Below, in pieces: positions 1 through 14,635 of a stretch of 64,000 nt of DNA; position 1 is the stretch's first letter; each line of letters begins with the position of its first letter. Position numbers and translations under genes: made by a program. Origin of the DNA: Octopus vulgaris (Eukaryota); NCBI GenBank assembly GCA_951406725.2, contig OX597842.1, positions 28,830,001 to 28,894,000 of the forward strand, read 5' to 3'. The notes under the pieces were generated by a model. That model was not told the DNA's origin. It did no database searches and worked only from the letters and a program-made list of their open reading frames with translations.

Positions 1-430
1 AGATCCTGGAGGGAAGTGTCCTGAACTTTGGCATCGAGAGTTACGCAAATGCCAGAACTGGGCGCCACTGCGTGGTGCCTAGGACTCCAAACCTGCCATC
101 AAGATGTAGGACAAGATTCTGTGATAGCCTGGGCTTCCGAGGCCCACAGCTCTTCAATATCCTCCCGAAGAACCTGAGAGACCTGCATGGGGTGGATACA
201 AATGTCTTTAAAATGAAGCTGGATCTCTTCCTGTCAGGTGTCCCAGATGAACCAACTTCACGGCAGGAGGGGCAGATGAGGGCAGCTGCATCGAACTCTC
301 TCATGCACCAAATAGCAGTTGCTAGAAAGCCTCCATGAAGTGAAACCAAGTAGCAACACCAAATGGCGGTGCCCCAGCATGGCCACAGCTCATAAGCTGA
401 AACTAGAATCAATCAATCAATCAATCAATC
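1..430 (+). mobile_element. 3' end of CR1/L2-like LINE (C-terminus of ORF2, 3' UTR stem-loop, (TCAA)n tail)
   Basis: ORF 72-338 matches the C-terminus of the RT ORF at 3578-5797 ([19 protein letters not shown]...VPDEP); ends in GCTGAAACTAGAA(TCAA)n. Confidence 0.9.
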
Positions 431-1922
<1,492 letters not shown>

Positions 1923-1975
1923 AGGCAGAGGAGTGGCTGTGTGGTTAGTAGCTTGCTTACAAACCACATGGTTCC
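1923..1975 (+). mobile_element. 5' head fragment of tRNA-type SINE (family A)
   Basis: GGAGTGGCTGTGTGGTTAGTAGCTTGCTTACAAACCACATGGTTCC matches the head of fuller copies at 34270 and 59050-59100 (reverse complement). Confidence 0.7.
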
Positions 1976-3490
1976 ATAAGAAATCAGTTTCTCGATTTTT
2001 TCCACTCATCGATTGTCTTTTTCTTTTTTTTTCCATGTAACCCCCACTTTGCCCATTGGATGAGAACCCTTCCAGCAAGGAAGGGCCAAAATGGCTTCTG
2101 ATCCTCTGTGAGAAGCGGTTATGTTCAGATCACAACTAAGTTTATATATTTGGGCAAAACACACACACACACAAACATATACGTACATACACCTATTGTA
2201 TACATGTTTTTGCACGCCTTTGCCACTGTCCCACCACCACCACCTACCCGAGTAATACCATCAAATGAAGCAAATTTGGCTCCCGGAAGTAAGTTTTGTA
2301 ACAGGAATAGAGAAGCCTACCTTCTTCCGCAGAGATGTGAAAGTCATACCTCTCCTGGTCAAACTAAAGCGTTTGACCCGGTCCTAAAAACAAACAAAAA
2401 AATAGTGTAATAGGTGTAAAACAAATTCCTCTAAACGAATATGACCCAAAAAATGCGCGCTCGCCACGGGGGAGAGGCCACGGAAAATTCACATCGTGAA
2501 TGTTACGTGTATGACCCGGTCACAAAAAAATAAAAATAGTGTAATAAGTGTAAAACAACTTGTTCTAAACGATTATCAAGAACACACACACACACAAAGA
2601 GAAATGTTTGGTTCAAGGCAAGTGTGCATTGAACTGAATTTAATTAAGCAAGAAATATATTATCAAAGAAAAGGCCCTAGGCCTCTCCTCCCACCCTCCT
2701 TTCGCGAGAGCGCATTTTTTTGGTCATATTCGTTTAGAGGAAGTTGTTTTACACATATTACTATTTTTTGGTTTATTTTTATGACCGGGTCAAACGCTTT
2801 AGGTTGACCCCTCTCCTTTCGAAAACACGAACAGTTTCGCAACATTGTTTACAAAATAATAGCTGATCGTTTGCGAAGGAGCGTGTCTACAGTCAACACG
2901 TAGATCTTTTGCTCTGGTAACCTCTGCTCTCTCCCATGTTCATGCACGACCAGCTATATATCGCTATGATTAGAACAACGGATTCAGCTAATTTGGAAAT
3001 TAGTTGTGGAGAAACGGAGAATATCGTTTATGTTGCCCTATATATATGCGCGCACACACACACACAAACATTGCATATTTGTGTCTTTTACGCATACATG
3101 CTCGCGTGTGTGTATGCGTGACTGAAGCCATTCACACATACAAACATACATAACAACACCTGTCTGTCTGTTATTGCCAGTAAAAAGACGAAATTATAAA
3201 AATCTCTCTCTCTATCTCTCTCCCTCTCCCTCCCTCTCTTTACACCGTTGCTAGGAGGGGACTTAATTAATGTTTGCTTTGTAAACAATGGTAGCTTTCG
3301 CCATCTTAAAAATTTAGAAGTTATGGCTCAAAATTATTTATCGCTATTCGCGGATGTCTCGGGAGAAATTTGACGAAAATACTGCTGGGGTCGTGACGAA
3401 TGACCCCCTAAAATTTGAGCGGCATGCGTGTTAATTTGTGGATGTGCATAAATTACAAAAACGTACACACACACACACATCTTGCCTTAT
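1976..3490. mobile_element. Probable non-autonomous DNA/rolling-circle-type element with ~100-bp internal inverted repeats (about 2366-2465 vs 2703-2802) and a third partial direct copy (about 2512-2575)
   Basis: AAAGCGTTTGACCCGGTC...AAATGCGCGCTCGC versus GCGAGAGCGCATTTT...GACCGGGTCAAACGCTTT; no coding capacity; the classification is inference. Confidence 0.4.
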
Positions 3491-6400
3491 ATGATTTGAT
3501 TTGATTTTTCCAGTTTCAGCTTATGAGCTGTGGCCATGCTGGGGCACCGCCATTTGGTGTTGCTACTTGGTTTCACTTCATGAAGGCTTTCTAGCAACTG
3601 CTATTTGGTGCATGAGAGAGTTCGATGCAGCTGCCCTCATCTGCCCCTCCTGCCGTGAAGTTGGTTCATCTGGGACACCTGACAGGAAGAGATCCAGCTT
3701 CATTTTAAAGACATCTGTATCCACCCCATGCAGGTCTCTCAGGTTCTTCGGGAGGATATTGAAGAGCTGTGGGCCTCGGAAGCCCAGGTTATCACAGTAT
3801 CTTGTCCTACATCTTGATGGCAAATTTGGAGTCCTAGGCATCACGCAGTGGCGCCCATTTCCTGCATTTACGTAACTCTCGATGCCAAAGTTCAGGACAC
3901 TTCCCTCCAGGATCTTCCAGATGTATATTATGGCATATCGTTCCCGCCTACGCTCCAGGGAATATAATTTTAATTTCCTGAGTCTTTCCCAGTAGCTTAC
4001 ATTCTGCATAGAGGCTATCTTCTTCGTGTAGCTACGTTGGATCGCCTCGAGCTCTGTGATCAACTTGACACTGGATGGTGACCATAACTGAGAGCAGTAG
4101 TCAAAGTGGCTTAGGACAAGTGTCCTCCAGAGGACCATCATGGTTTCTTGTTCTCTTGTTCTAAAGGTTCTGAGGATCCATCCGGCCAGTCGTCTACATT
4201 TCATTGCCAATTTAGCAACATGTACACGAAAGGTCGCGTCATCACTCATGTAAATACCTAGGTCACGCACTGATTGTGCCTCTGGGATTGCTATTCCTCC
4301 GGGTCCAGTGTATTCATTGGGTATTGCATTTAGTTTTGCATGCTGATAGTATAGAGCTTGAAACTTTTCAGCATTGAACTGCATGCTATTCTTTTCGGCC
4401 CACTTGTATATTTTGTCTAGCTCACATTGCAGGTGTTTAGTGTCCTCAGGGTTCTGTATTGCCTGTGAAACTTTTGTATCATCTGCATAACTTGTGATCG
4501 TGGCTCTCTGCGTGGCTGAGGGCATGTCTGAGAAGGCCATTATGAACAGTAGTGGTCCCAGAACAGTGCCCTGCGGAACACCGCTCACTATTTGCGTGTT
4601 AATGGAAGTGGCCCCATTGGCCACTACCACCTGACTTCTATCTTTCAGAAAGTCATGAAGCCATTCTCCCAGTTTTCCAACTATGTTGAGATCACGCAGT
4701 TTGTGACATATCATTCCATGATCGACTTTATCAAAGGCCTTTGCAAAGTCGAGATATATCACTTCCACATTTGAGTGGTTGAGCAGCCGTTTCAGCACCC
4801 AGTCATAGTGTTGTAGGAGCTGAGTTAAACAGCTTCTCCCTGGTCGGAAACCATGTTGGGTGTCGGGCAGCAAGTCATTTTCTTCAAGGAAGGTGATCAG
4901 CTTCTTTCTGACTATTCGTTCCATGACCTTGCTGATGTGTGAGGTCAGAGAGATAGGTCTATAGTTCTTGGCTTCCGCTCTGCTACCTCCTTTATGAATG
5001 GGGCATATTTTACCTTCCTTCAGTTTTCTTGGAAGTTTGCCAGCTGCAAGGAAGCTCTGAAAGAGGAACTGCAGTGGTCTTGCTAGGACTCTCTTACATG
5101 CTTTTAGGAGGATTGCCGGGAATCCATCGGAGCCAGTAGCTGAGTCTGTTTTCATTTCATCTATAGCCTTGATTACATCGTCTTCCTTTATATCGATGTA
5201 ATCTATCGTCGCCGCCTCTGATTTTATATCTGCAGTGGTAAAGAAGTCAGTTGGATTGGTGATTTGGAGATGCCCAAGGGGTGGAGTGAAAACACTCTTG
5301 AATTGCTCATTCAGTATTTCACTTACCCTCATTGGTTTTCCTGTAAGTGTGCCATCCTTTTCGAGGAGTGGCCCTATTCTACAGTGCACCGTAGCTGTTT
5401 CTTTGGCATACCTGTAGAAAGCTCTGGGGTTAGATTTTATGTTGTCTATAGCCCAGGCTTCTTTGTCTGCTCTTTCCTTTTCATGGGAGAGTTTCAGACA
5501 TTTTTCGATTTCCAACAGTTTTATTTTTAGGCGGGACTTTTCACTGCTTTCAATCTGTTTGTTTAGGCGATTTGAAAATTTTGTACGCCGTCTCATTAGA
5601 ATTTTCCTCTCTCTGGGGATTTTGTTCTTGTGTACAGTGGCCTTTCTCTCTGGGACATATTTGTAGCATATGGCTTGCATTACAGACATGAATTGTTGAA
5701 GTTTCACGTCGGTGTCTGGCGAGGAGAGACATTTAGGCCAGTTTTGTTTGAGGATCTCTTTCTCAATTTGTTTCCAGTTTGCCTTATGGTAGTTCAAGCT
5801 GGAAAGATTCTGGGGTTTCTTGTAGGCTGCATGTCCGTGCTCTCTTTTGGCCCGTACATGGTCAGCTCTATCATGTTGTGATCCGAGAGTAGTGTCGGTG
5901 TCACTTTCACATTATGGATGAGATCCATGTCATTTGTGAAGCAGAGATCCAGTGTGTTACCTGCCCTGGTTGGTTGGAGTATTACCTGCTCCATGTACAG
6001 GGTGTTGATGAGGTTCAGGAGGGACCTCGCCTGTCCTCGTTCACATCTTGTCATTCCTGGGAGAGAAAGGCCCTCGGGCCATCTGACATTGGGCAGATTG
6101 AAGTCTCCCATAAGAAGTACACTTATGTGTTGTTCTAATGTGATTAGAACTTCTTCTATTTTTATAAGGCAGTCTTCAAACTTGCCCACATGGCTTGGGG
6201 CATCTGGAGGGCGATATGTAGCACACACAACTACATCAAGTTGCCTAATATGTACAATTAGTGTGTCACACACCGAGTTTGAGTATGACAAGAGGACCTG
6301 GGGTGTGAGGTCCTCACGGATGTACATAGCAACACCTCCATGACTCCTTTCTTTCCTGTCGGTCCGTAGTACAGCATACTGTGGTATGTGTAACTCCGCA

Positions 6401-6688
6401 TCTGCTATATCCGGTTTCAGGTGCGTTTCCGTTAGTGCTATGCATAAGGCTTGATTGCATGCAACAAAATCTCTCAGGAACGGGATTTTTGTCCTGTTAC
6501 TGAGTGTTTGCAGTCCTCTGATGTTCAGTAGGAGCATCGAGGTGAGGTGTACGTTGTTGCCGGTGGTGTCCATCCTGGGTCTGTTTGCTGTGGTGGTGGT
6601 CTGGTATATAGTGGGTAGTCCCACCTGCGGGCTTGGGTTTGATGAAGCCAGGTCAGCTGCTGTACAATCTTTTGTGCCATGCATCTGT
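3491..6688 (-). mobile_element. CR1/L2-like non-LTR retrotransposon ORF2 (APE endonuclease + reverse transcriptase) with a single frameshift and no ORF1
   Basis: APE motifs (LLNIRGL, ETHL, YRPP, GDFN, TLDL, SDH) in ORF 5794-6834; RT motifs (YRPISL, QHGF, LDFAKAFD, GVPQG, YADD) in ORF 3578-5797; frames join via a 1-nt shift near 5813-5822; 3' tail near 3491-3505. Confidence 0.93.
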
Positions 6689-6769
6689 ATATATATATAT
6701 ATATATACAGATATATATATATATATATATGTCCATATATATATATATATACATGTATGTGCGTGTGTG

Positions 6770-6990
6770 TGTGTGTGTCTGTGTGTACATGCGTGTGTTT
6801 GTGTGTCTGTTTGTCCCCCAACATCGCTTGACAACCGATGCTGGTGTGTTTACGTCCCCATCACTTAGTGGTTTGGCAAAAGAGACCGATAGAATAAGTA
6901 CTAGGCTTCCTGGGGTCGATTTGCTCAACTAATGGCAATGCTCCAGCATGACCACAGTCACATGACTGAAACAAATGAAAGAATAAATGT
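6770..6990 (+). mobile_element. SINE family A, 3' half
   Basis: TTGTCCCCC...GCTTGACAACCGATGCTGGTGTGTTTACGTCCC...CCAGCATGACCACAGTCACATGACTGAAAC; same module at 34470, 56130, 58720 and 60430. Confidence 0.85.
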
Positions 6991-7332
6991 AATTATGAAC
7001 ACACACACACACGCGAACACACATATATATACACACACACACGCACACATTTTGCTGCTCTATGTGTTTATTTATTGAGTTATTCATCCTATATGCGTGT
7101 GTTTGTGTGTGTGTGTATAAATATATTTATATGTACATATGTATGTGTGTATACGCGTGTGTGTATATACAATAGAAATCTCTATTACCTACTCCCCACC
7201 CCAATCATTCCACCTGTTTAATTAATTTCATTCCTTCTCTTCTCTTTTTCTGTGAATTTTTCTTTTAATTCTTCACCACCTGACTCCCCTTTCAGACACC
7301 ATTTTTAATGTTTTTATTCTTTTCTTTATCAG

Positions 7333-7487
7333 GTGAACCCTCGAGATGAAGATGGTCAAACACCGCTGCACTGCGCCTGCTCGTGGGGACACTTGCACAT
7401 TGTCAACCTTTTGTTGGGTCACAATGGCATTGATGCCAATGTTGTGAACAAAAAAGGTGACACACCACTGCATGAGGCAATTCAGAA
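7333..7487 (+). CDS. Ankyrin-repeat exon of MIB2-like ANK-RING-Death gene
   Basis: ttatcAG|...|GTaagt; VNPRDEDGQTPLHCACSWGHLHIVNLLLGHNGIDANVVNKKGDTPLHEAIQ carries ankyrin TPLH motifs; upstream exons not found in the window. Confidence 0.9.
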
Positions 7488-7654
7488 GTAAGTCCCCATT
7501 GGATCTGGAATATCCAAATCTGTTTCTTTTATGTTTTCAATAATGTTTGTTTGTTTTTCATTGAGTCATTCATGTCATAATTCCACCATGGGGTCATTGT
7601 CTTTCTTCTCTCTTTCGCACTGAAATAACACTGTAATCTACTTTATTAATAAGC

Positions 7655-7830
7655 ACCCACTACACTCACGGAGTGGTTGGCGTTAGGAAGGGCATCCAGC
7701 TGTAGAAACATTGCCAAATTAGACTGGAGTCTGGTGCAGCCTTCTGGCTTCCCAGTACCCCGGTCGAACCGTCCAACCCATGCTAGCATGGAGAACGGAC
7801 GTTAAACGACGATGATGATGATGATGATGA
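7655..7830 (+). mobile_element. SINE family B (RTE-type 3' tail ending in (GAT)n)
   Basis: GAGTGGTTGGCGTTAGGAAGGGCATCCAGCTGTAGAAAC...AACCCATGCTAGCATGG...GTTAAACGACGATGATG. Confidence 0.85.
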
Positions 7831-7849
7831 TAATTGTTATTGTTGTTGC

Positions 7850-8430
7850 CTGACTGGAAACTTTACGTCATCTCGTTCTCCATTTCCTCAACGTCACAGG
7901 TTCAAATCCTCTCTCTTCTTCCTTTCATCCCATCTAGAACTACTTTCTCTCTCTTTCTCTTTTTCACTCTCTCTCCTTTGTAGTTTCCCTATTTACTCCG
8001 ACCCTGGGCTAAATACAGAATCATCCCCTTACAGTATTTACATTTGTCTCTTTTATGTTCCATGTTCAAATCCTACCAGAATATTTACTATCACTCTGGG
8101 GTCAATATAATCTGTACCAGTAATACCCAGGGGTTCCTTTAATAAACTGTCTTCCTTCTTTTCTCCTGTTCTTGTTTCTTATTACTTTTAGAGAAAATAA
8201 ATTGTGTTATTTTATTTACAACTCTTTACGTTCAGAGTTCAAATCCTGCCAAGGTCAACTTCTTCTTCCATCTTTGCAAGGTTGATAAAATACAATACCA
8301 GTGATGTACTGGGGTTCATATGATTACCTGTAGCCCTTCTTTCCTTCCTAAATGTCATGTTTATCTATAAGCTGTCAGAATTCTTAGCAGTATTTTTCCT
8401 GTCTTTACATTTCTGGGTTTACTCAGGTGT
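7850..8430 (+). repeat. Degenerate tandem copies of a SINE core (GTTCAAATCC...GGTCAACTT...TCATCC...GATAAAAT..TACCAG)
   Basis: Three or four diverged copies; related reverse-strand copies at 54420-54560 and 55510-55610. Confidence 0.55.
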
Positions 8431-8635
8431 GTATATATCATTGTTCTACTGTGTAGAGTGTGTATTGAATAAATATATGTGTGTGTGTGTGTGAGTATGT
8501 GTGTAATAATTGCTGTAATTAAGTTACTGTGACCTAATTACATTTGTTTTCTTTAATGACCTAATAACTATTATCTCAAGCTCTGTGATGTTTGCTTTTT
8601 TTTCATGTTTTTCTTTCCTCATCCATTACTTTCAG

Positions 8636-8672
8636 GCGAAAATATAAAGTGGTGTGTGCGATGCTGAACCAG
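8636..8672 (+). CDS. Micro-exon of MIB2-like gene
   Basis: ttcAG|G CGA AAA...AAC CAG|GTtagt; phase-compatible with flanking exons (K-RKYKVVCAMLNQ). Confidence 0.75.
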
Positions 8673-8937
8673 GTTAGTTGATAAATATATATTATATACA
8701 CTCTCCAGCATTTTATAGATCTGTATAATATAAATATTACCAATGTACCAGTGAAATAATGGGGATGGATTTAATCCCATGTACTACAAAACACTTGTGT
8801 TTGTGGAGGAATTGTATATTGATCATGTTGATGTTGATATTACCGGTGTTGACAGTCCAACTGACCTCCACCACTGATAATATCTTTAATGGTCAAATGA
8901 AACAAGGTCATTATGAGATGAACCAAAATATAACAGA

Positions 8938-8977
<40 letters not shown>

Positions 8978-9105
8978 TAATTGTTTTAGACATTTGCCTG
9001 CGGCCATGCTGGGGCATCATCGAATTTTTAGCCAAATGTATCGATCCCAGTACTTTTTTATTTTAAGCATATCACTTATCCTCTCAGCCTCTTTGCTGAA
9101 CCACT

Positions 9106-9136
<31 letters not shown>

Positions 9137-9292
9137 TAGGCACACACATAGATTTTGTTCAGCCCAAGGCAAGAGTAGAATATACCTGCCTGAGTTTCCC
9201 TGCAGAGGGATTCAACGTAGAACCGTATATGGTTGGGAAAAATGCTCCTTACACTACAACCATGTATATATGGATGTGTGTGTCTATCTATT

Positions 9293-9331
<39 letters not shown>

Positions 9332-9401
9332 GTCTGTCTGTCTGTCTGTCTATCTCTCTCTTTTCTATCTATGTATATATATATATATATATACGTGTAC
9401 G

Positions 9402-9545
<144 letters not shown>

Positions 9546-9589
9546 GTATATATATATATATATATATATATACGTATACATATATATAT

Positions 9590-10290
9590 ATATCATCATC
9601 ATCGTTTAACGTCCGTTTTCTGCGCTAGCACGGGTTGGACGGTTTCGACCGGGATCTGGGGAGCCAGGGGCTGCCCCAGGCTCCAGTCTGGTCTGGCAGT
9701 GTTTCTACAGCTGGATGCCCTTCCTAACGCCAACCACTCCGCGAGTGTAGTGGGTGATTTTTACGTGCCACCTGCACAGGTGCCAGAGGGGTCTGGCATC
9801 GGCCACGGTCAGTTGGTGCTTTTTATGTGCCACCTGCACAGAAGCCAGTCGGGGCGGTGCTGGCATCGGCCACGTTCGGATGGTGCTTTTTATGTGGGGG
9901 GAGGGTGCAGAAATATAGGGGAGCACCAGTGGGGAGGGGTGTTCGGAGAAACGATGACAGGTTCTAGACAAGTAGAACGTAGGATATCACGAGAGGGGTA
10001 ATGCATGGTGAAATAGCGTATTGAAGAGGGGGGTTCGAAGAGTAGACACCTATAATGGTGGTGGGAGAAGCGACATCCGGTATAGATGGAGCAAAAATAT
10101 AGAGATATCCGGTATTGGTGGTGGGGGTGGGCAAGGGCGGGTGCACCGGGAATATGCGAAGGTTGAACTTGACGGGCTGGCTTAAAAATGCTCTTAGCAA
10201 TGGAAGGGGGGGAAGACAATGTAAAAGAGGGAGAGAGAGAGAGAGAAGGGAATAGTGGAACCCCGCGAAAATCGGCCGCCATTGAAAAAG
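9590..10290 (-). mobile_element. Composite non-autonomous retroelement: SINE-B/RTE tail plus unique GC-richer 5' segment
   Basis: 9590-10165 is nearly identical to 20380-20952. Confidence 0.7.
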
Positions 10291-10704
10291 CCCCTGTATG
10301 GAGAAACTTAAATATAAATAAATATCTATTCTGTATTTAGCGAGACACGAAGCCGGAAACCGATGGTCAACAATAACTAATAAATTATACAGAATATGCA
10401 ATACGAGGCGAAACTGAAAATAATAATAATAATAATAATACTAATAAACAAATTGTCGACTGGTGGGGGGTCAAAGGGATAATACTAATACTAATAATAA
10501 TAATAATAATAAACAGCTTAACCACTAGAGATCAGACAAATTTGCATGAGAATATTACTGGTACAGATTATGGGATGAATTAGATTAGAAAGATTTTCTT
10601 ATCTTGGGAACATTTCGTTTTTCGGCCTGACACGGCGAATATGCGAAGGTTGAACTTGACGGGCTGGCTTAAAAATATAAAAAATATATATATATATATA
10701 TATC

Positions 10705-10775
<71 letters not shown>

Positions 10776-11019
10776 GTCTATATATATATAGAGAGAGAGA
10801 GAGAGACATATACATACATATATATATGTACTGGAGATGCATGGATTTATGGTTAGATCGTATGTGATCTTCTACTAGCACATGGCTGTTCACATAGTGG
10901 TTTTTAGCCCTAAATATACACATGTATATATATATATATATATATTTATTTTAACCAATGATAGTTTTGATTGTTATTTTCATATTTGTGTATGTCTATG
11001 TGTTTGTTTGTGCGTTATC

Positions 11020-12880
11020 ACCATCATCATCATCATTATCATCATTTAACATCCACTGGCATGTGTCGGATGGTTTGACAGGAGATTATGAGTCGGTGAG
11101 CTGCCCCACGTTCCTGTGTGATTTGGCATGGTTTCTACAGCTTGATGTCCTTCCTAATGCCAACCACCCCAGGTGTGTAATTGGCGTTTCGCATGCCACC
11201 GGCACGGGTGCCACTTGCATGACACCGACAATGGCCATGACTACGATTCACGGATGGTTGCCATTTAAATGGCACCACCAACGATGTTAATTCCCAGGTG
11301 CCAATTTACATGGCACCATCAGTGGCCACAATTACGATACCCAGGTGTCATTGACATGGCACCGGAAGCGAACAGCCACGGCTATGATGCACGGGTGCCA
11401 CTTATAGGACACTGGCACGACCACATCCTTATCATCACTTGGCCTGACATGTCCTCTCCCGCAGAGAATATCACCAGGGCTCTCGGTCACTTGTCATCTC
11501 CTCTATGATGTCCGACGGTTGGAGATCATTCTTCATCAACTCATCGAAAGTCTTCTTGGGTCTCCGTCTTCCAAAGGATCCTTCCACAGTTAGAGATCGG
11601 CACTTTTTGACACAGCTGTCCATGTCCATTCACATCGCAAGACCATACCAACGCAGACGTCTCTCTTGCACACCCTATTTGATGTCTTCAATGCTCAGCT
11701 TTTCTCTCAAGACTCCTATACTCTGTCGTACATGCACACTGACATTTACATCCAGCGAGGCCTACTGGCTTCATTTCTTTCAAGCCTATGGAAGTCCTCA
11801 GAGAGGTCACATCCCATGTTTCACTGACATGTAACATAGTTGTTTACACACAGGCATCATAACATCTGCCTTTCAATCTCAGGGAGACGCTCTTTGTTAC
11901 CATTAGAGTTAAGATCACTCTGAACTTTGCACGTCTTATTCTTATTCTTGCAGCTACACTCACGGAACAACCAACCACACTCCTGACTTGGCCACCTAGA
12001 TAGCGGAAACTATCAACTCCCAGTAGCTTACCTACCTGGCAATTGATGGGCTCTATTTTCTCTACATTTGTGCTGTTTATTGTACCTGTGCACCTTCCAC
12101 ACAGAAAAACTATTATCCCCGTTAACCTTCCTCTGATATTGCTGCAACACTTATGTGTCCATACCTTACACTGGGCACATCTTATGAACTTCCTACCTAC
12201 GCTTTTTCTACAGATCGAACAGTGCCATCTTCCTAAGGGGATTTGTGAATTGTCTGCTTTCCTACTTACTAAGACTGGTTTTTGTTAGACTAAGTTTAGG
12301 GTCCTTTGATTCTAGTCCTTATTGCTATACCTAAAATTTACCTAGTTCTGGAAGTTATTCGGCTATGATAACAAGGTCATCAGCATTGGGGATCTCCTAG
12401 AAGCGGTCATCTTAAATCCCTCTGTTATTGCCTGGAGGACTCTGATAAACAGGAAGGAGCTAAGGACTAATCCATGGTGAACCCCTACTTGTACCCTAAT
12501 TCATTGCTACACACGATGCCAAACCTCACCTTACTGACAGCATCCCTGTACATGGCTTGTAACGCTCTCACCAACCATTCGTCCATCCCTAGCTTTTGCA
12601 GTGACCAGCAAATAAGGGATTGAGGGATCCTGTCAAAGCCTTTCTCCATGTTTAACAAAGGCCCAGTACAAGGGTTTATCTTCAGCTAGGTACTTCTCCT
12701 GCAGCTGCCTTATCAGGAATATAGCATAAGAGGTGCTTCGTTGTGGCACAAAACCAAATTGCATCTCTTCTGGTCTAACACCCGTCTTAATTATTTGGTC
12801 TGTGACCCTCTCAGTAATTTTCATTGCTTCATCTAATAGTTTGATACCTCTGTAATTCTTCCCGCCCAAGGCATCATCTT
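11020..12880 (-). mobile_element. Degenerate RTE-clade LINE (RT + 3' UTR)
   Basis: NYRGIKLLDEAMKITERV...QFGFVPQRST..AIFLIRQLQEKY..DKPLYWAFV in ORF 12633-12935; 3' UTR shares the SINE-B tail. Confidence 0.85.
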
Positions 12881-13084
12881 CCCTGTGTGTGTGTGTGTGT
12901 GTGTATTTGTAAATATTTGGAATTTGTGTATACATTTAGAAGTATGCCGCTTAAAGATCTTTCGCTGTTTCGGTTACCTCATGTCATCCACAGTTGAGCT
13001 ATAAGTGACACTGGATCTACCTCATGTATTCTGCAGTGTTCGTTCAGTTTATAATGAATGAGGGAAGCAGAAAATGGAGTTAAT

Positions 13085-13490
13085 GAGAATTTTTATTCAT
13101 CGCAACGATTGTTTCAATCCATCTTGCATCGGTCCCTTGCAGGTAGGATATTGTATAACTGGTTGTGGTACATCCTCTGGTGCAGATGCATGTCATCGGG
13201 TGTCTTCTTTTAAAGAAGATACGTCTGTAAATATATTCGGTTTCGCTTGGAATGTTGTTGTTGCCAGGAGGCTGTTGTCTCTCATGTTGTAATCCAAGAA
13301 GCTCCTAGCAACAACATGTCAAGTGAAACTGAATATATTTAGTGAGGTATCTTTACATTAAAACAAGGCACCCGATGAGATGCATCTGCACTGGAGGATG
13401 CAACACAACATTTTGTATAGTAGCCCACCCGCAAGCGACCGATGCAAGATGGGTCGAAACGGTCGTTGTGATGCATATTCTCGTGAACTG
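13085..13490. repeat. ~400-bp imperfect palindrome (fold-back/MITE-like)
   Basis: CATCGCAACGATTGTTTC...CATCTTGCATCGGTC...TGCAGATGCATGTCATCGGGTG versus CACCCGATGAGATGCATCTGCA...GACCGATGCAAGATG...GAAACGGTCGTTGTGATG. Confidence 0.8.
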
Positions 13491-13899
13491 ATGTTTATGT
13501 GTGTGTGCGTGCGTGCGCATTAGTTTTATGCATGTGGACGCTAACCGGCTCAGCAGTTTTATGAACCCTTTATTAATGTAGCAACATCAAAAGTAGACAT
13601 TAGAAATTATAATTCTTCTTTACTTGACTTGATCTGCTAATCATGTGTTTACTCTAGTTCTGTTGCCCTACAACTTACTATAGTGAGGGGCAAATGTAGG
13701 ACATCTTAATATGTTTATCATGTCTCTAACACACACATGTATCAGGTTATAGAAGATCCTTATGGAAGATTTATTTCACTGACAAACATCAAATGTATTT
13801 GATCAGTTTGATCTAGTACCCAGTAGAAAACTGTAATGACATTGATATCAACCCTGATTTTCATGTAAATTTTCATTTTCCATTTTTACCTCCACAAAG

Positions 13900-14112
13900 G
13901 ATTCGGTGAATTTAGAAATTGTGAACAAAGAATATAGGACACCATTGCTTGAAGCTGTTTCGAACGGTCACCTCGGAATAATTCAGAGGCTGATAGCCAG
14001 GGGTGCGAATGTAAATGCTGTCAACAATGAAGGAAATACTTGCCTGCACCTGGCGTTAAAAAGAGAAAACAACTTTCATTCTGAGGTGGAGCACATGACC
14101 ATGTTAGATCAG
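13900..14112 (+). CDS. Ankyrin-repeat exon of MIB2-like gene
   Basis: acaaAG|GAT...GATCAG|GTaagt; 213 bp; DSVNLEIVNKEYRTPLLEAVSNGHLGIIQRLIARGANVNAVNNEGNTCLHLAL... Confidence 0.9.
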
Positions 14113-14135
14113 GTAAGTTTTCACATTGTTTGTGA

Positions 14136-14179
<44 letters not shown>

Positions 14180-14635
14180 ATTTGTGCGTCTGTGTGTGTG
14201 TAAAATAGACAAACTGACAGAGAAAGACAGACAGAAACAGACATTGTTTATATCGCAATTCTCACCTACCAACCCCATCCTCCATTACCATTTCCTGATC
14301 CAGTCACAATGGTAACTCTTAGTTATATTATTATGTAACAAACACTATTCTCTATTCCGTCCCCTTCCATCCTCAAAGGCACGACCTCTCCATGGTAGAG
14401 AAGGTGATCCATCTCGAATGTTGGCCATACAAACACAGTCATCAAAATTTGAAGGAGAAATGATCTATTCAAGACAGGAGATATTATTCTGAATTAACAA
14501 TGATACTGGGTAGAAGAGAGGTTCATATGATAGACAGTAACATTTATAGTGCTGGGGCCATGATAATAAATACATCTTGTCCATTCCATGAAGAATTCTG
14601 CCTGAAACAGCTCTCTGTCACATTTCTTTTATATA

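Noticed and set aside
13370-13470. Hammerhead in the palindrome (CCGATGA...GAAAC)
   Set aside because: The core is CCGAUGA rather than CUGAUGA and the stems do not form convincingly.
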